64,000 bases of DNA, taken from the NCBI GenBank assembly GCA_965649825.1, contig OZ287700.1, positions 1,240,001 to 1,304,000 of the forward strand. The letters run 5' to 3'. The first letter of the stretch is position 1. Each line of letters begins with the position of its first letter. The notes below the pieces were generated by a model that made no database searches, had not been told where the DNA came from, and saw nothing but the letters and a program-made list of their open reading frames with translations. Origin of the DNA: Penicillus capitatus (lineage: Eukaryota > Plantae > Chlorophyta). The position numbers were made by a program, and so were the translations under genes. Of the stretch, positions 62,001 through 64,000 are shown in pieces.

Positions 62001-62576
62001 CCCCGACGAGTAACGAGGGTCTCTGTCCTGGAAGCTGTGAAAGCGTTCGTCGTACGTGAAGCGCACGAAGTAGTCCGTGTCCGTCGGAATGCTGTCCGCG
62101 TTGCAGAAGGCGACCTTCACCTTTCTGTGTCCAAACAGTCAACAGTCAAACAGCGAAGGGCGGCTGTACGCTCACACCTGTAAATCGTGCCGACCGGAAC
62201 GACATCATTCTCTCCGTTGGGTTGCAGAAAAAGCTCGCGTGCGTCGAACGAAATGGCTTCCAGCGTCGGAAGCTGATCTCCGCCGAAAACGTCGTTAGCG
62301 ACGCAGAACCACTGCGCGATAAACTCCTCGTTCTGACATGCATACGGAAATACGGTTGGGTAGGTTCTGGGGAAAACGAACGCTGCGAATCTCGACAACG
62401 CGGCACACCCAGACGCGATTGTCGTTGCGCTGCAGACCGCCGTACTCCGCGAAGACCTCGACGCACTCTCCGACTTCAACCTGGACCACAGTACGTTCGA
62501 CTGCCTCGAGTTCCGAGTCCCTTACCTCGAATGCCAATGAAGGATCGTCGAAGTCGACCAAAAACACGCGTTGCAT
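59089..62576 (-). CDS. CMT: Chromomethylase-like C5 DNA methyltransferase (BAH + MTase); 5' end unresolved
   Basis: BAH (VEVGECVEV..WVCRVVEI..AQWF..FTYDERFHSF); motif I LELYCGCGG; IV GGPPCQG; VI VVLENV; VIII YGAPQMRFRAF; IX ISVREAARIQGFPDDY; X QIGNSVSPPLA. GC-AG intron 59336-59384. Confidence 0.9.
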
Positions 62577-64000
62577 TCCAACCTCGGTAATTAAAACGGT
62601 CAGAACATCGATGAGCGCTCATTTCTGCAAAACGAATTGTCGCGTCATTCGACGCAAGATAATGAGCGACTGGCGGCAGATGGGTCGACAAACCCATCGC
62701 GGTGCATCGCAACTCGCGCGCCACTCTGCAGTGAGCGCGCAGAGTTCAGTTAAACGGCCAGTGTCTCTGGCCGTCGATCAAAACCCGCCCGAAATGACCC
62801 GTGTATTCGGCGCCGAACGGGAAACAACCGAACAACGGCGCCAGAACGCCTATCAAACACGCAGCGAAAGCTCTGTCTGACAATAAACTTTAACACACAC
62901 TTCTGCACTGTGTCCGCAAGCGCCTTTCTCTTGTAATTCACACTTAGAACAAATGTACGCCTGCCTTTAGCAGCAGACCGTGCTGATGCGGTTTTTGAAC
63001 GACGAAATCCGGTGAGCGCGAACGAAAGGGGCAGAACTCGGAGGCCTGTTGCAATCCATCGCCGCGGATTCTGAGATCTTGGGTTCTTAGACCATCGCAG
63101 CAGAACGATCATGCCTTTGTGTTCTCGATGAGAGCAAAGTTGCGAGCACGATGGGTGCTAGTGGAGCCAAATCGAATCGAGTCTGGGTGATAGCGAGCCT
63201 CTCTGTATCCAACGAAGGCGCAGTCCACGATGTGATGTCGGTCACTTATTCTCGGGGTCTCTGTTCGAGCACTTGCTTGCCTTATCGTCGTCGCGGAAAT
63301 GGATGCATGCATCGATCAACCAAACTACTCGCCCTTCTTGAAGTGTGCCACAGCGATTCTCTCGAAACCCTGAATGCCCAATTAACTGCATGCACTGTCC
63401 GGGATGAAGGATTGGTTCGAGGTGAGAACGTTTGCTCAACCTCTGCGCAGGATGACCCGCGAGCGTCGACTCGGTCATCAGACCGTCGCTGTGATGCGGA
63501 CACTCACGAGAGAAGGCCGATCAGCGGTTCGACTGGTCGGTAATCGAGTTCCGCGATACAGACAGGGATTCAAGCACCTACGAGGCCTCCTCGAAGCAGC
63601 CGGCAGAAAGGTCGGACTCCCCTCGTTCCGAGGCCTCGCTCGATGCGGTCGGAGCAGGCGTCGACACCTCGACCCCAGTGGTTCGAGCTCTCTGTTAAAT
63701 TCTATGCAAGAGACGTTTTTGGTTCTGTTGCATCCTCGCGTGTCGTCGGCGGGCGCAAGGACCGACTCGATCGGTCGACTTCAACGGTCCATTCGGCCGG
63801 TGATCGATGTTCTGTATTCTCGCGGCGGTGCGACGCCGAGTCGCAGTCGACCAGAGTCACAACGACGCCACGCACCTCGCAGCCTCCACATCGACGAGCA
63901 GTCTGTCCGACGTCCGCCAGCAGATCTCTGCAGACTCGGAATACTCGGAGACGGATGGCGTCGACAATTGTGCGCCTTCCGGCGTCGACGCTGCAGATTC

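Overview
Gene-dense nuclear DNA of a eukaryotic alga, most likely a chlorophyte green alga. The evidence is ~45-65 nt spliceosomal introns, TGTAA-type poly(A) signals, plastid transit peptides, SF-assemblin, PTST1 and a nuclear sulfate-ABC ATPase. TAA, TAG and TGA all serve as terminators, so the standard code applies. I support about 33 protein-coding genes and 3 probable pseudogenes/fragments. I recognised no rRNA, tRNA, CRISPR array or transposon. All exon/intron structures were traced by hand and homology calls are from motif recognition, not database searches; many ORF-track entries are single exons or antisense shadows. Main observations: (1) two plastid-type RelA/SpoT genes, one with an intact (p)ppGpp synthetase and one apparently hydrolase-only, flank PGAP1 with only 31- and 70-nt gaps; (2) a chromomethylase-like DNA methyltransferase has a degenerate chromodomain, a ~95-aa insertion and a GC-rich core; (3) at least ten GC-AG introns; (4) a recurrent GTCACATC motif in very short bidirectional promoters; (5) an aquaglyceroporin split by a ~220-aa loop; (6) a transit-peptide-less SBPase-like gene; (7) an accessory island with two intronless F-box/LRR genes flanking head-to-head 5'-truncated serpin and SDR remnants.
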